Source: Eledone cirrhosa (taxonomy: Eukaryota). From it: 64,000 nt of DNA. Below, piece by piece: positions 52,946 through 64,000 of this stretch (positions are counted from its first letter, which is position 1; every line of letters begins with the position of its first letter). Below the pieces are notes generated by a model that made no database searches, was not told the DNA's origin, and was given only the letters and a program-made list of their open reading frames with translations. A program made the position numbers and the translations under genes. The stretch lies in NCBI GenBank assembly GCA_964016885.1, contig OZ024747.1:45012001-45076000 (forward strand), given 5' to 3'.

Positions 52946-54631
52946 AGAGAGAAAACTGTTGATTCCATGCCAAATATGGAACCTAATGAGCAAGATGGGT
53001 GTCTCTGGCCCATCTTGTCAACTTGTCCAACCCATGCCTGTCTGAAAAGAAGGCATAAAATGATGATTATGAGACAATGTGACAATATTGCTGACTTCAG
53101 TTGAATTGGCAGCTTCCATCCTATATTGTTCAATGGAAGGTAAGAATGTTTTTTTTCAAGACAGTCATATAAGTTTTGACACCAACCTCATCAATACTGA
53201 CAACTTACAAGGTACCTTGAACCTAAATAATGTTATGACATCCTTTTTGAAATCCTAAGGACACTCTGCAATACATTCATAAATTAGCAACACATTACGA
53301 TTAGGTTCAATTTTACCTTTTACTTAAACCAACTTTCACCGAAATTTCTGCATCCAAAATTTAACATAAACTTAACTACTGCTCTAAATTACACTAGAAT
53401 ATACAATTACAGTATGGGCCTATAACTATGTTAATACTCATTACTCCTATTGAAATACACATCTCTATTCACATCACAAATCCAACATTCAACTAAAACC
53501 TCTCTACATAGTCAGATTCAGACACCCAACAATTATAATCTAAGCTACACCCATCATGTATATAGAACTCTATCTTCCTTGCATGAGATCATAGTTATTA
53601 AAACAACGCCCTTACCATTAGAATCATATATCTCCTTTTAACATTAAATCAATATTTTGATAACACTTCTTGTTACTATAATTTGAACAAATCATTAACA
53701 ACCATATTTGTTTTGTACAGTATTTTCCATAACATTAAATCTCTTCTGCAAAATATTTTTTTCTTGTTGCCTTACATTAATTCCTCTAACATACATACTT
53801 TAATTATATACACATATATGCACTTTAATTATATACACACTATAAGTCTATTATCTTATACACCCTAACTGATATTATCATATATAGCCATAACAATATC
53901 GATTTTTCTACCTCATGAATTCCTGCTATAGTTGATTATTCTTACCTTACTTTATACAATCTATTGTATTTCACTGTATCTGATTTTCTAGTATGTATTA
54001 CCCTTCATCTTTATTAGCATTTCTTATTATATTACATAATCTCTTTTTCATAGCACCCTTTTAAGGTGTTTAATATGACTTAATGGAAAGTTCATTTTAT
54101 TATAGTATAAAGTAACCTATAACATTTTTCTGATTTTCTAAATCATCTCATTTAATACATTACTTACCCCTTGTGTTGTAACTTGATGAACATAAACAAA
54201 TATTGCCTTAAATATTTACCAAGCCCCTCTTCTTCTTTGCCTACTTATTCCTGGGTGGGTCATGATGACAGGTCCTCAAACACTCCTTCCTGTGTTTTCT
54301 GTCAGAAGCAACTGTCTCTTATTGATCTGACTGAATCCCTAAGCGAGACCAGCGAAGCTCGACGATGTTATCCAACATACATATATGTGCATACATATAT
54401 ACATGCATACATATATACATACATATACATATATATTTCATACAGAAATTACTGCTACATGACTAGAAGTGTTTCATTCATTAGAATATACTTGATACTT
54501 TCAAATGAGTGAAACAGTTCTAGTCATCTACAATCTTTTCTATAAGAAATAAATATGTATGTACCTTCTCTACTAAATCATTGAGTACATTGTTTAACTG
54601 TCCTTTTCTTTCGTTCCTCACCAGACTTATC

Positions 54632-54663
<32 letters not shown>

Positions 54664-54703
54664 CGATATTAATAAATGGAAACTATATTTATAAAACCAT
54701 ATT

Positions 54704-54768
54704 TATTTCATTATACATATTTCAGGGATACCAAATTAAATTATGGTATGCCTTCATCAGACAAAATA
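54704..54768 (-). ncRNA. type I hammerhead ribozyme fold, Penelope-type terminus
   Basis: Minus strand TATTTTGT-CTGATGA-AGGCATACCA...TGGTATCCCT-GAAATA-TG-TATA-ATGAAATA; 8-bp helix I with two G-U pairs, about 9-bp helix II; AATAAA overlaps and (TA)n lies 40 nt downstream. Confidence 0.65.
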
Positions 54769-54831
54769 CAATATATAACAGTTTTACAAATAAGCTTTGA
54801 CGTACCCTTTTAAAATGCAACCATTATTTTA

Positions 54832-55323
54832 TTCTAACAAAATACACCCCCGTCCCACTACCCCCACCCCATCCACACCACCTCCTTAAATGTGAAGTTA
54901 TGTTGGTACCACAACATCCAGTCCGAAACAAATGAGGTCGTGTAGGTGTCACGACAAAAAAACACACAGTCCACGCTGTAATGTGGCCGTGTAGGTAACA
55001 CGATAAAAACCTCCCAGTCCACACTGTAAACATAGTTGGTGTTGGGAAGGGCACCCAGCTGTAGAAAACCCGCCAGACGTGTAGGTGTCACGACAAAAAA
55101 ACACACAGTCCATGCTGTAATGTGGCTGTGTAGGTAACACGGTAAAAACCTCCCAGTCCACACTGTAAACGTGGTTGGTGTTAGGAAGGGCATCCAGCCG
55201 TAGAAAACCCTCCAGACAGTCCTATACGAGCATGACAACCTATCTTGCCTCAAGTGGGAAAACTCCCGTCCAAACCCATGCAAGCATGGAAGATGGACGT
55301 TAAACGATGATGATGATGATGAT
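54832..55323 (+). mobile_element. RTE 3' UTR only, with internal duplication of about 140 bp
   Basis: Matches 32022-32350; block CGTGTAGGTGTCACGACAAAAAAA...GAAGGGCA.CCAGC occurs twice. Confidence 0.88.
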
Positions 55324-55332
55324 ATATATATA

Positions 55333-55529
55333 ATTTATTCCGGGTTCAATCGGGAATAACCACAATAATTAAGGTACTCAACTCAATACATAGCAGAGTA
55401 TAAATGTTTTAATATAGAAAAGCTTCTACAGGACTAGAACTGTTTCATTTGTGAGAAATCATCAGGTAGCTGACTGTCCAAGTTTTCTCACGAATGAAAC
55501 AGTTCTAGTCCTGTAGAAGCTTTTCTATA

Positions 55530-55533
<4 letters not shown>
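55333..55533 (-). mobile_element. Penelope-type terminus with inverted duplication, in (TA)n
   Basis: Hairpin 55409-55533; minus strand carries CTGATGA-TTTCTCACAAAT-GAAAC-AGTTCTA-GTC; a related decayed copy lies at 54435-54635 in the opposite orientation. Confidence 0.6.
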
Positions 55534-55573
<40 letters not shown>

Positions 55574-56526
55574 TTAAAACAATGTTAATAAAAATTCAAG
55601 TCATTAGAAATATACTTCACTGCTTTACGATCGTTTCTAGGTGATAATAATACATCGTACGCATATTTCGTTATTGATCTATATTAGGGTTAGTTACAAA
55701 ATATCAGATAAGGAATATATTTACCTACATGTATATCATCAGCCGTTGTCAAAAGCAATGAAAATTTTATTCAAAATCAATAGTAAATTGAGTTCTATGA
55801 CCTTATTTGGAGGTGGCTGAAGAACAAACCAATCAAATGGGTTTTGCCATATGATGTTAAGATGAAATATAACTCACTTTAGTTGAGGTCATGACCCTTT
55901 GAAAGGAATGGTTGAATGGTGTTAAAAATAGAATTACTATAAAGAACCTATGAAGAAAAGGGATTGTTGTATTGATAGTGGAATGTAGATGGTGGAGTGA
56001 AGTTTAAAAAGGAATGTAAAAATTAAATGTTGAGTTGTGTTGTATGGAATTTTTAGGTGAATATAAATAAGCAAATATAAAATATACAGAAATAACTAGG
56101 ATAAATATAGATAGGTAAAGTAATGGTCATAACTAGGAAGGATAGTATATTAAAAGATGAAAATTATAATAAGATAATAAAATATAATAATATAATAATA
56201 TAATATAATGTAATGTAATATAGTACAGTATGGTACATTGTACATAGTATAAAGTATAATATAGCGTATGATGCATCATAAAATATAAAATAGTAACAAT
56301 TTTCAAGTGGGTCTATGTATAAGTAACCAAACTCAGATAAATGCATGTTGACATATAGTTAAAACATAATTTTCTTAGATCACAAAAATACATATATCCA
56401 CATATATAGATAGAGGTATAATTACATTGATACTCCATTAAAAACATACATATGCATACATAGATATAAACATATACATATACATTCATGCACACAAACA
56501 TATATATATATATATATACACTTATT

Positions 56527-56558
<32 letters not shown>

Positions 56559-56810
56559 AACACTTATTCATACATATATACATGTACACACACATACATG
56601 TACATACACATATACACATACATATATATATACATATATATATATATATTCTCTATCATACATACATAGATGACTCTGTTTTCCTTTTGATGTTTTATTG
56701 TTTTCTGGGATTTATTTTAACCTACAACATTTTCAACATATGGACTACATTGAGTTCTTCATGCAGACTAGACCCCACAACTAACCGTGGATATTTCTGT
56801 GTATATATAT

Positions 56811-57199
56811 ATCATCATCATCATCATTTTTATGTCCGCTTTTCCCTGCTTGCAAGGGTGGGATGGGAACTGATTCTGGCTTGATTTCTACAGCTGGATG
56901 CCTTTCCTAACACCAACCTTATTTACAGTGAGTGCTGGGTGCTTTTTTTTCCGTGGCGCCTACACGTCCACTTTACTGTGTGGGCTGGCTGCCTTTTTGC
57001 CATGGCACCTCCACGACCACTTTGCAGTGGAATGATAGGGACCCCAGTCCCTATCATCTCATTTCTACAGCTGAGTAAACTGGAGCAATGTGAAATAAAG
57101 TGTCTTGCTCAAGGAAACAACACATCACCCGGTCTGAGAATTGAACTCACAGCTTTTGGTTGCAAGGCCAATGCTCTAACCACTAAGCCATGTGCCTCC
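56811..57199 (-). mobile_element. SINE family B copy
   Basis: Near-identical to 45116-45453 with one more UTR repeat. Confidence 0.88.
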
Positions 57200-57213
57200 A
57201 TATATATATATAC

Positions 57214-57770
57214 TCATCATCATCATTTAGCCTCCATTTTCCACACTTGCATGGGTCAAACGGGTTGTCACTTTACGAGACAATTCAGGTCAGTTGACCA
57301 TGTCTTGCTCATACAGATCTATATTTTGGCTTGGTTTCTACAGCTGGATGTCCTTCCTACACCAACTTAATTGCAGCATATTATCATCATTGTTTAACAT
57401 CTATCTTCCACTCTAGCATGGGTTAGACGGGAATTATCCCACTTGAGGCAAGATTGATCGAGTGACTGTGTCTCACTCATATAGGACAGTATCTGGCAGG
57501 TTTTCTAAGGCTGGATGCCCTTCCTAACAGCAACCACATTTACAGTGTGGACTTTTTACTGTGTCTCCTCCATGATCACTTTACAATGTGGACTGTGTGT
57601 TGTTTTGTCATGACATCTAGACGACCTCTTTAGTTTGGACTGGATGTAGTGGTACCAACATAACTTTACAGAGAAAGGGCGATGTTGGTGGGAGTGGGAG
57701 GATGGAGTAAGGGTAGTGGGTTGGGGTGTATATTTGGTTAGGAGGGGGCCTGCTAACTGTAGGTTGAGTA
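57214..57770 (-). mobile_element. two stacked RTE 3' UTR fragments
   Basis: 57214-57367 and 57383-57770, each with a (CAT)n tail and GCTGGATG.CCTTCCTA motif. Confidence 0.75.
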
Positions 57771-58679
57771 TATATAAATATATATAAATTATCATTATTT
57801 AACATCTTTTTTCCCTGCCAGAAAAGGTAGGCGATATATTTAAATATGTATGGAGATAGATAGATATACTAATCATGAGAAGCTATCTCCAAAAATTGTG
57901 TAGATACAAATACTACAGTCTAATTCTTAAATCCTTTAAAATTACTGCATTATTGTCATTTGGCACAATGGGCCAGTGGTTGCAACATGAAGTCCAATTA
58001 CTGAAATAAAGATTGTATGTTCAAGTCCTGGTCTAACACAGGAATATCATCTGAAGGCAATAGGATATTGTATAGATTAAGATATCATGTCAGCAATAGA
58101 ATATGAAGAAATAGGTAAAAAAGTGAATATGTTTGAAATATTGGAATGATATGTTTGAAATATCAAAGGGATATATTCAAAATATCAAGAGCTGTTACCA
58201 TTTTTATAATTTCAACAAATTCCTTTCTGCTGCATCAATGCAGCTGTAAATACAGCATAAAGGATAGACAATGCCATTTGTGTAATATTTAGAATTCAGG
58301 AAAAATGTAATTGTTCACCACAAATAACTTACTACATATAGTAAGATCTGGTTGTTTACTTGAATTTCCATCATTTCAATATATAAATAGGAAGCTAATA
58401 AAAGATATGTCACACAATACAATGTCAGAGAACAATATATTCAATATATCCATTTTAACCAACCCTAATCTTCAACTGAAACATTTGAACTGAAATGTAA
58501 ACTGTAAACAACACCCAACTAATTATGACATGTACAGTATGGCAATGACGCGTAGGTGTATGCCATGTTATTCAAACCATACTATAAACTGTTTGACAGT
58601 TCAGAAGCTTAAGGTGATTATTAATCTGTTTTTATAGATAGTTAATAAGTGATGCTTCTATCATATATTAATCTCCATT

Positions 58680-58682
<3 letters not shown>

Positions 58683-58718
<36 letters not shown>

Positions 58719-58861
58719 CACATACACACATACACACACATATATATACACACACACACATATACATATACACACATATACACACACACATACATATATA
58801 CACACACATATACATATATACACACACACACATACATATATACACACACACATACATATAT

Positions 58862-58914
<53 letters not shown>

Positions 58915-58961
58915 TATCCAGTATATATATATATATAAACTGGATATATATATATACACGC

Positions 58962-59016
<55 letters not shown>

Positions 59017-59043
59017 TACATATATACACACATATATATATAT

Positions 59044-59076
<33 letters not shown>

Positions 59077-59100
59077 CACATCTATCCAGTATATATATAA
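58683..59100. repeat. compound (TA)n/(CA)n microsatellite with duplicated CATCTATCCAGTATAT..AAA.TGGATA
   Basis: Direct reading. Confidence 0.9.
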
Positions 59101-59587
59101 ATTGGATAGAAGGAAATCTTCTATGTGTAAGTAGTTGTCAAGATGTTGCCATAGTCACACCTTTGTATTGTCTGTGACAAAGGTGCAGCATATATAAAAA
59201 TTGCTACATTTTATGTCCTTCTTAGTTTATGCTTCCTAATATTTAAAGCCTGGGTGAATTTCCAAAAGTTTGCTTTATAACAGTTATCTTATTTTTCCCA
59301 TTTTGCATTTATAAGTTGCTTTCACTATTTACCTATTTCTAAGCTTTGGACAGTTTGTTGACATAGGCATCGATGTCATTGTTTAACCCAATGTTAGAAC
59401 TATGCAAGCAAACTTCCATGCTTCCTGAAATTTACCAACACTATACCTGATATTCCTCTTCCATACACTGTTCACCTTCTTGACATTTGTACATTATTCT
59501 ATGTACTATACATGCACCTTTGATGAGATGTAGTGCATCTGAGCACTGTACACAATAATTTTCATTATTATTATAAACCTATAAAAG

Positions 59588-59780
59588 GCCGGTGAATTTC
59601 AGTATCGGTGGAGGGTCGGACGCCATGCTTTTCAGCATAGTTACGTCCCTTTAGGGTCTGAGTTCAAATCCCGTCGAGGTTAACTTTGCCTTTCATCCTT
59701 ACGGGGTTGATAAAATAAAGTACCAGTAACGTACTGGGTAATTGATAGCTTTGTGCCAAAAGTAGAAACAATTATTATTA
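59588..59780 (+). mobile_element. SINE family A copy
   Basis: Full length; TSD ATTATTATAAACCTAT on both sides. Confidence 0.9.
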
Positions 59781-60044
59781 TAAACCTATGCTCAAAAGCA
59801 TTTCACCCCTACCCATTTTAGAGATAATTTAAACCTTTTCCTTTTTTCTCCAATGATGATTATGATTTTAGGGAGTTTTGGTTAACGCTTCTCTAACAGG
59901 GTGAATCATCTAATTTTTGAATTGGTGTAGGTCAGAAATGGCTAAAACAATGTGTACAATCCAATACTATAATATAACATCACAATGTAAGAAGAATTCG
60001 AAAGTCTGAAAGTTCAAACATGATATATAGTCTGAAATTAGTCT

Positions 60045-60275
60045 TTAACCCTTTCATTACCAATCTGCCTGAAACTGTCCCTGGGGATTTCATATAAACC
60101 TGCTTGTTTCAAAGAGTTTATATTTACCTAAAAACCTTCCATTTAATTTCATCTAAGAATAATAATGCAAAAGTTAGTTATATTACCAAATCTCTCCATA
60201 TTCTTAATTTTCAAAAAATTATTCAAAAATCATATGTAGCAACTTTCATTAGATGTATGGTATCAAAAGAGTTAC
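60045..60275. mobile_element. piggyBac-like MITE family 2, diverged
   Basis: TTAACCCTTTCATTACCAA ... ATGGTATCAAAAGAGTTA. Confidence 0.6.
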
Positions 60276-60589
60276 AGCTTTCACTGTAAAATTATTAGTA
60301 TTAGCAATAGGTTAAATACCTTTATATAAACCAGGAGCTACTGCTCCAAAAATACCATTATAAGGCACAAATCTACAATCACTTGGTTAGTTCTCAACAA
60401 GTACAATGTCTTTTTCATTTCTCAGAACAAATTATGGAAGATATTTTGGATTAAAAAAAACTTTGTATGTTTATCCCATTAGAAGGCTTAGCTATATTAA
60501 CAAATATGATAGCTAAGAATGTTGCATAAACAAATTCAGTGATCCAATCTTTAGTGATATGACACTGCTGCTGCTAAAACAACAACAAT

Positions 60590-60765
60590 AATAATAATTG
60601 TTTCTACTTTAGGCACAAGGCCAGCAATGCATTACTGATGCTTTATTTTAGGTTGAAAGGCAAAGCTAACCTTTCCAGGATTTGAACTCGGAACGTAATG
60701 GGTCGAAACTCTATCCTGCCAAGCATGTTGTCCAATGCTCTTCCAATACTGCCAATCCACCACCC
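60590..60765 (-). mobile_element. SINE family A copy, diverged
   Basis: Tail, B box and head recognisable with deletions. Confidence 0.75.
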
Positions 60766-60988
60766 TTATACAACTTTGAAAAAAAATACGATCTAATGTA
60801 GCTGTTTGATGAATGTCCACCAGTAATTACCATACTTTAAAAAATTAGGTATGTATTTGTGTGGATTAGGGATTAGAAGTGTATTCAGCTGTAGAAACAT
60901 ACCTCAAATGTTTTGTCCAAACACATGTAAGCATGGAAAAAGCAGATATAAAATGATGTTGGTGAGGGTGAGGAATATATGTATATAT

Positions 60989-62451
60989 ATCATCATCATC
61001 ATCATCATCGTTTAACGTCCATCTTCCACGCTTGCATGGGTTTAGACGGGAATTGTCCCACTTGAGGCAAGATTGGTTGTCTCACTCGTATAGGACTGTC
61101 TGGCAGGTTTTCTACGGCTGGATGCCCTTCCTAACACCAACCACGTTTACAGTGTGGACTGGGAGGTTTTTACCGTGTTACCTACACGGCCACATTACAG
61201 CGTGGCCTTTGTGTTTTTTTGTTGTGACACCTACACTACCTCATTTATTTATGACTGGATGTTGTGGTACCAACATAACTTTACAAAGAAAGGTGTTGAT
61301 GGGGGTGGGAAGTTGGGGGGGTGTATATTTGATTAAGAGGTGCCTGCTTTGTACTTAGTGAAGGCGGGTTTTCTGTATTACTGCGTAGCGCCAAAGATCT
61401 CAGTCCAGTGACATTGTCTTAGAGAGGTGTAAGTGAGTAAAGTCGGAATTTATCAAATCGTCACAGGTTTTTCTGGGTCTGCCTACTCCTTTCCTACACA
61501 CTGAGCATGGCCATTTCCCATAGGGCACCTGTGCCCTATTTTCCTTCCTACATACTAGAACTTTAGTCTTAGACAAGTTAACTTTAAGGCCTTTTGATTC
61601 TAGGCCATGCTTCCATGTTTGGAATTTCTTCTCTAGTTCAATCCATCGATTCAGCTATGAGCGTTAGATCATCTGCATAGAGATGTTCCCATGGGAAGCC
61701 GGTCTTTAACTCCTCTGTTATAGCTTGAAGGGCAATAATAAATAGGAGGGGGCTAAGGACAGAGCCCCGATGAACACAACTTTTACGCTAAATTCTTCAT
61801 TATATTCTTGTTAATTTTAACCTTGCTGACTGTTTCTTTATACATGGCTTGTATAGCTCTCACAAGCCTTTCATCAACCCCTAGTTTTCTAAGGGCCCAC
61901 CAGATAATGGTGCGGGGGACTCTGTCAAATGCTTTCTCCAAGTCAACAAAAACTAAGTATAGGGGTTTACCTTTAGCTAGGTACTTCTGTAGTTGTCGTA
62001 CAAGGAAAAGGGTGTCTGTGGTACTTTTACCTGACACAAACACAAACTGCATTTCGTTTAGAACAATTTGTTCTCTGATTAGTTCGCTATAACTTTTTCT
62101 GTGACCTTCATGACCTGGTCAATTAATTTAATGCCTCTATAGTTTCCTCTATCTAGTGCATCTCCTTTAACCATGATGATGCTGCTACACCAGTCATTTG
62201 GTATGACCCCGTTCTGTATGACTTGGTTTACTATCCGGGTGACCATAGTGTGTCCCACCATTCCAGATGCTTTCAGCATTTCAGCAACTATCTCCGAAGG
62301 CCCAGCTGCCTTGCTTGTCTTCATATCTTTGATTGCCTTACTTATTATACTACCTTCAACTTGCACTGCTGGTCCCTCTATTGGATCAATGTGGGGCAGA
62401 CTATCTTTGTCCCATTTATTCTCTTCATTTAGTAGCCTCTCGTAGTGACAC

Positions 62452-62455
<4 letters not shown>
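60989..62455 (-). mobile_element. RTE LINE, 5'-truncated, RT domain with frameshifts and an internal deletion
   Basis: NYRGIKL, FVDLEKAFDRVPR, HRGSVLSPLLFI, YADDL and KWPCSVCRKG joined directly to GRPRKT; 3' UTR and (CAT)n tail; (TA)n on both sides. Confidence 0.92.
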
Positions 62456-62486
<31 letters not shown>

Positions 62487-62698
62487 TAGCAAGAATCGCA
62501 TTTCGGCTAGTGGAAATTAGCGAAAAACAACTTCTGAATTGTGTGGCAAGCGCTCGATAGATACGAGTGAACTAGTAAACTTGCTTAAAATTTAATCTGT
62601 TATTTTAATAAATATTTGCTCCAGGGTTTTTATATATTTGATATATATTTATCCTTATCGAGCCCTCTTAGGATTTAGTCTTCAAATGTATTATTATT

Positions 62699-62741
<43 letters not shown>

Positions 62742-62742
62742 A

Positions 62743-62860
62743 TGAATGGCAAAGCATAAACGAACTGAGAGGGAGACTGAGCATAAGAGGAATCAAATGC
62801 TGTGTGCAGAAGAGGAGGATGCATTGGTATGGACATGTGTTGCGTATGAAGGATGATGAT
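62743..62860 (+). pseudogene. short RTE ORF fragment
   Basis: QSINELRGRLSIRGIKCCVQKRRMHWYGHVLRMKDD. Confidence 0.8.
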
Positions 62861-63027
62861 AGATATACTATTTATTTATGTTCATACATGGAACAAAATC
62901 ACTTCCTTAGGTAGTGATTTTGTTCTCTGATTGAATGTAAATAAATAATATAATATATCTTCCCAATTGAGCATTGTTACCTTTTTCCCACCTACAGATA
63001 TTTTCTACACACACACACACACACATG

Positions 63028-64000
63028 TCATCATCATCATCATCACCGTTTTACGTCCGTTCTTCCACGCTAGCATGGGTTAGATGGGTTGTCCTGTTGT
63101 GGGCAGTGTCTGGTCGACTGACCATGCCTTGCTCATACAGGAACTGATTTGGCTTGATTTCTACAGCTGGATGCCCTTCCTAACACCAACCTCATTTACA
63201 GTGAGTGCTGGGTGCTTTTTCGTGGCGCCTACACGTCCACTTTACAGTGTGGGCTGGGTGCTTTTTTGCCGTGGCACCTCCACGACCACCTTGTGGTGGG
63301 GGGTGTGGGGGCATATTGTCTATATGCTTCAGCTTGTACCCATGGGAGGTCGGGTACTCTGTATTACTGCGTGACGCCAGAGGTCACGGTCGTGTGTCAT
63401 TGCTTTTGAGAGGTGTAATTGGGTAAGGTCGGCTTTTATCACCTCATCCCAGGTCATCTTGGGTCTCCCCACTCCGTGGTTTCCATCGACTTCTAGTGCT
63501 CTGCACCTTTTTATGCAGCTGTCATCCTTCATACGCTTCACATGTCCATACCAGCGCAACCGCCTCTCCTGCACACAGCATTTGATTCCTCTTATGCTCA
63601 GTCTCTCTCTCAATTCATTTATGTTTTGTCGTTCACGTATATTACTGTTACACATCCATCGGAGCATGCAGGCTTCGTTTCTCTCTAATCTACGTAAGTC
63701 TTCCACCTTCAGTGCCCAGGTCTCACTACCATGCAACATCGCTGTTCGGATACACGCATCATACAGTCTGCCTTTCATTCTGAGGGAGAAGCCTTTTGCA
63801 GCTAGCAGTGGTAGTAGTTCCCTAAACTTCTTCCATCCCGTTCTTACCCTAGTTATTGTACTTTCTGAACACCCACCTCCGCTGCTAATTCGGTCACCTA
63901 GGTAGCAGAAGCTGTCTACTGTTTCTACAGGGCCCTCCCAGAGATTGGTGGTACATGTCTCCTGTAGCTGTTTGCTGCTTGCTGTCCCAGCACAGCTGCT
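63028..64000 (-). mobile_element. RTE LINE 3' portion with open reading frame running off the window edge
   Basis: Frame open from 64000 to 63329: FCYLGD, LHGSETW, RRLRWYGHV, GRPKMTW, DRDLWR; 3' UTR ends GGACGTAAAACGG(TGA)n. Confidence 0.93.

Noticed and set aside
63459-63905. Plus-strand ORFs overlapping RTE copies (also 61808-62445)
   Set aside because: Antisense shadows of the LINE reading frame

Overview
AT-rich eukaryotic non-coding DNA with no host protein-coding gene, rRNA, intact tRNA or CRISPR array that I can support; almost all ORFs in the track are microsatellite artefacts or transposon fragments. The repeat families resemble what I recall for octopod cephalopods (an inference, not searched). 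The window is an intergenic or large-intron mosaic of: (i) two tRNA-derived SINE families; (ii) non-LTR retrotransposon fragments from at least four groups (RTE, L1/Tx1, CRE-like, Penelope-like); (iii) piggyBac-like, hAT-like and pogo-like MITEs and three non-autonomous Helitrons, often nested; (iv) three tandem arrays built from or inside transposons; (v) many (TA)n/(CA)n/(TATC)n/(AAT)n microsatellites. The most interesting signals are a set of type I hammerhead-ribozyme folds, mostly followed by AATAAA and a (TA)n tract (Penelope-type termini), including one with a compensatory U3-A8 core; several long fold-back hairpins; SINE copies with multimerised A-box heads bounded by one TSD; and a Helitron carrying about 21 intact TGACGTCA (CRE) palindromes. 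All coordinates were read by eye and may be off by a few bases; folds were paired by hand, not computed.
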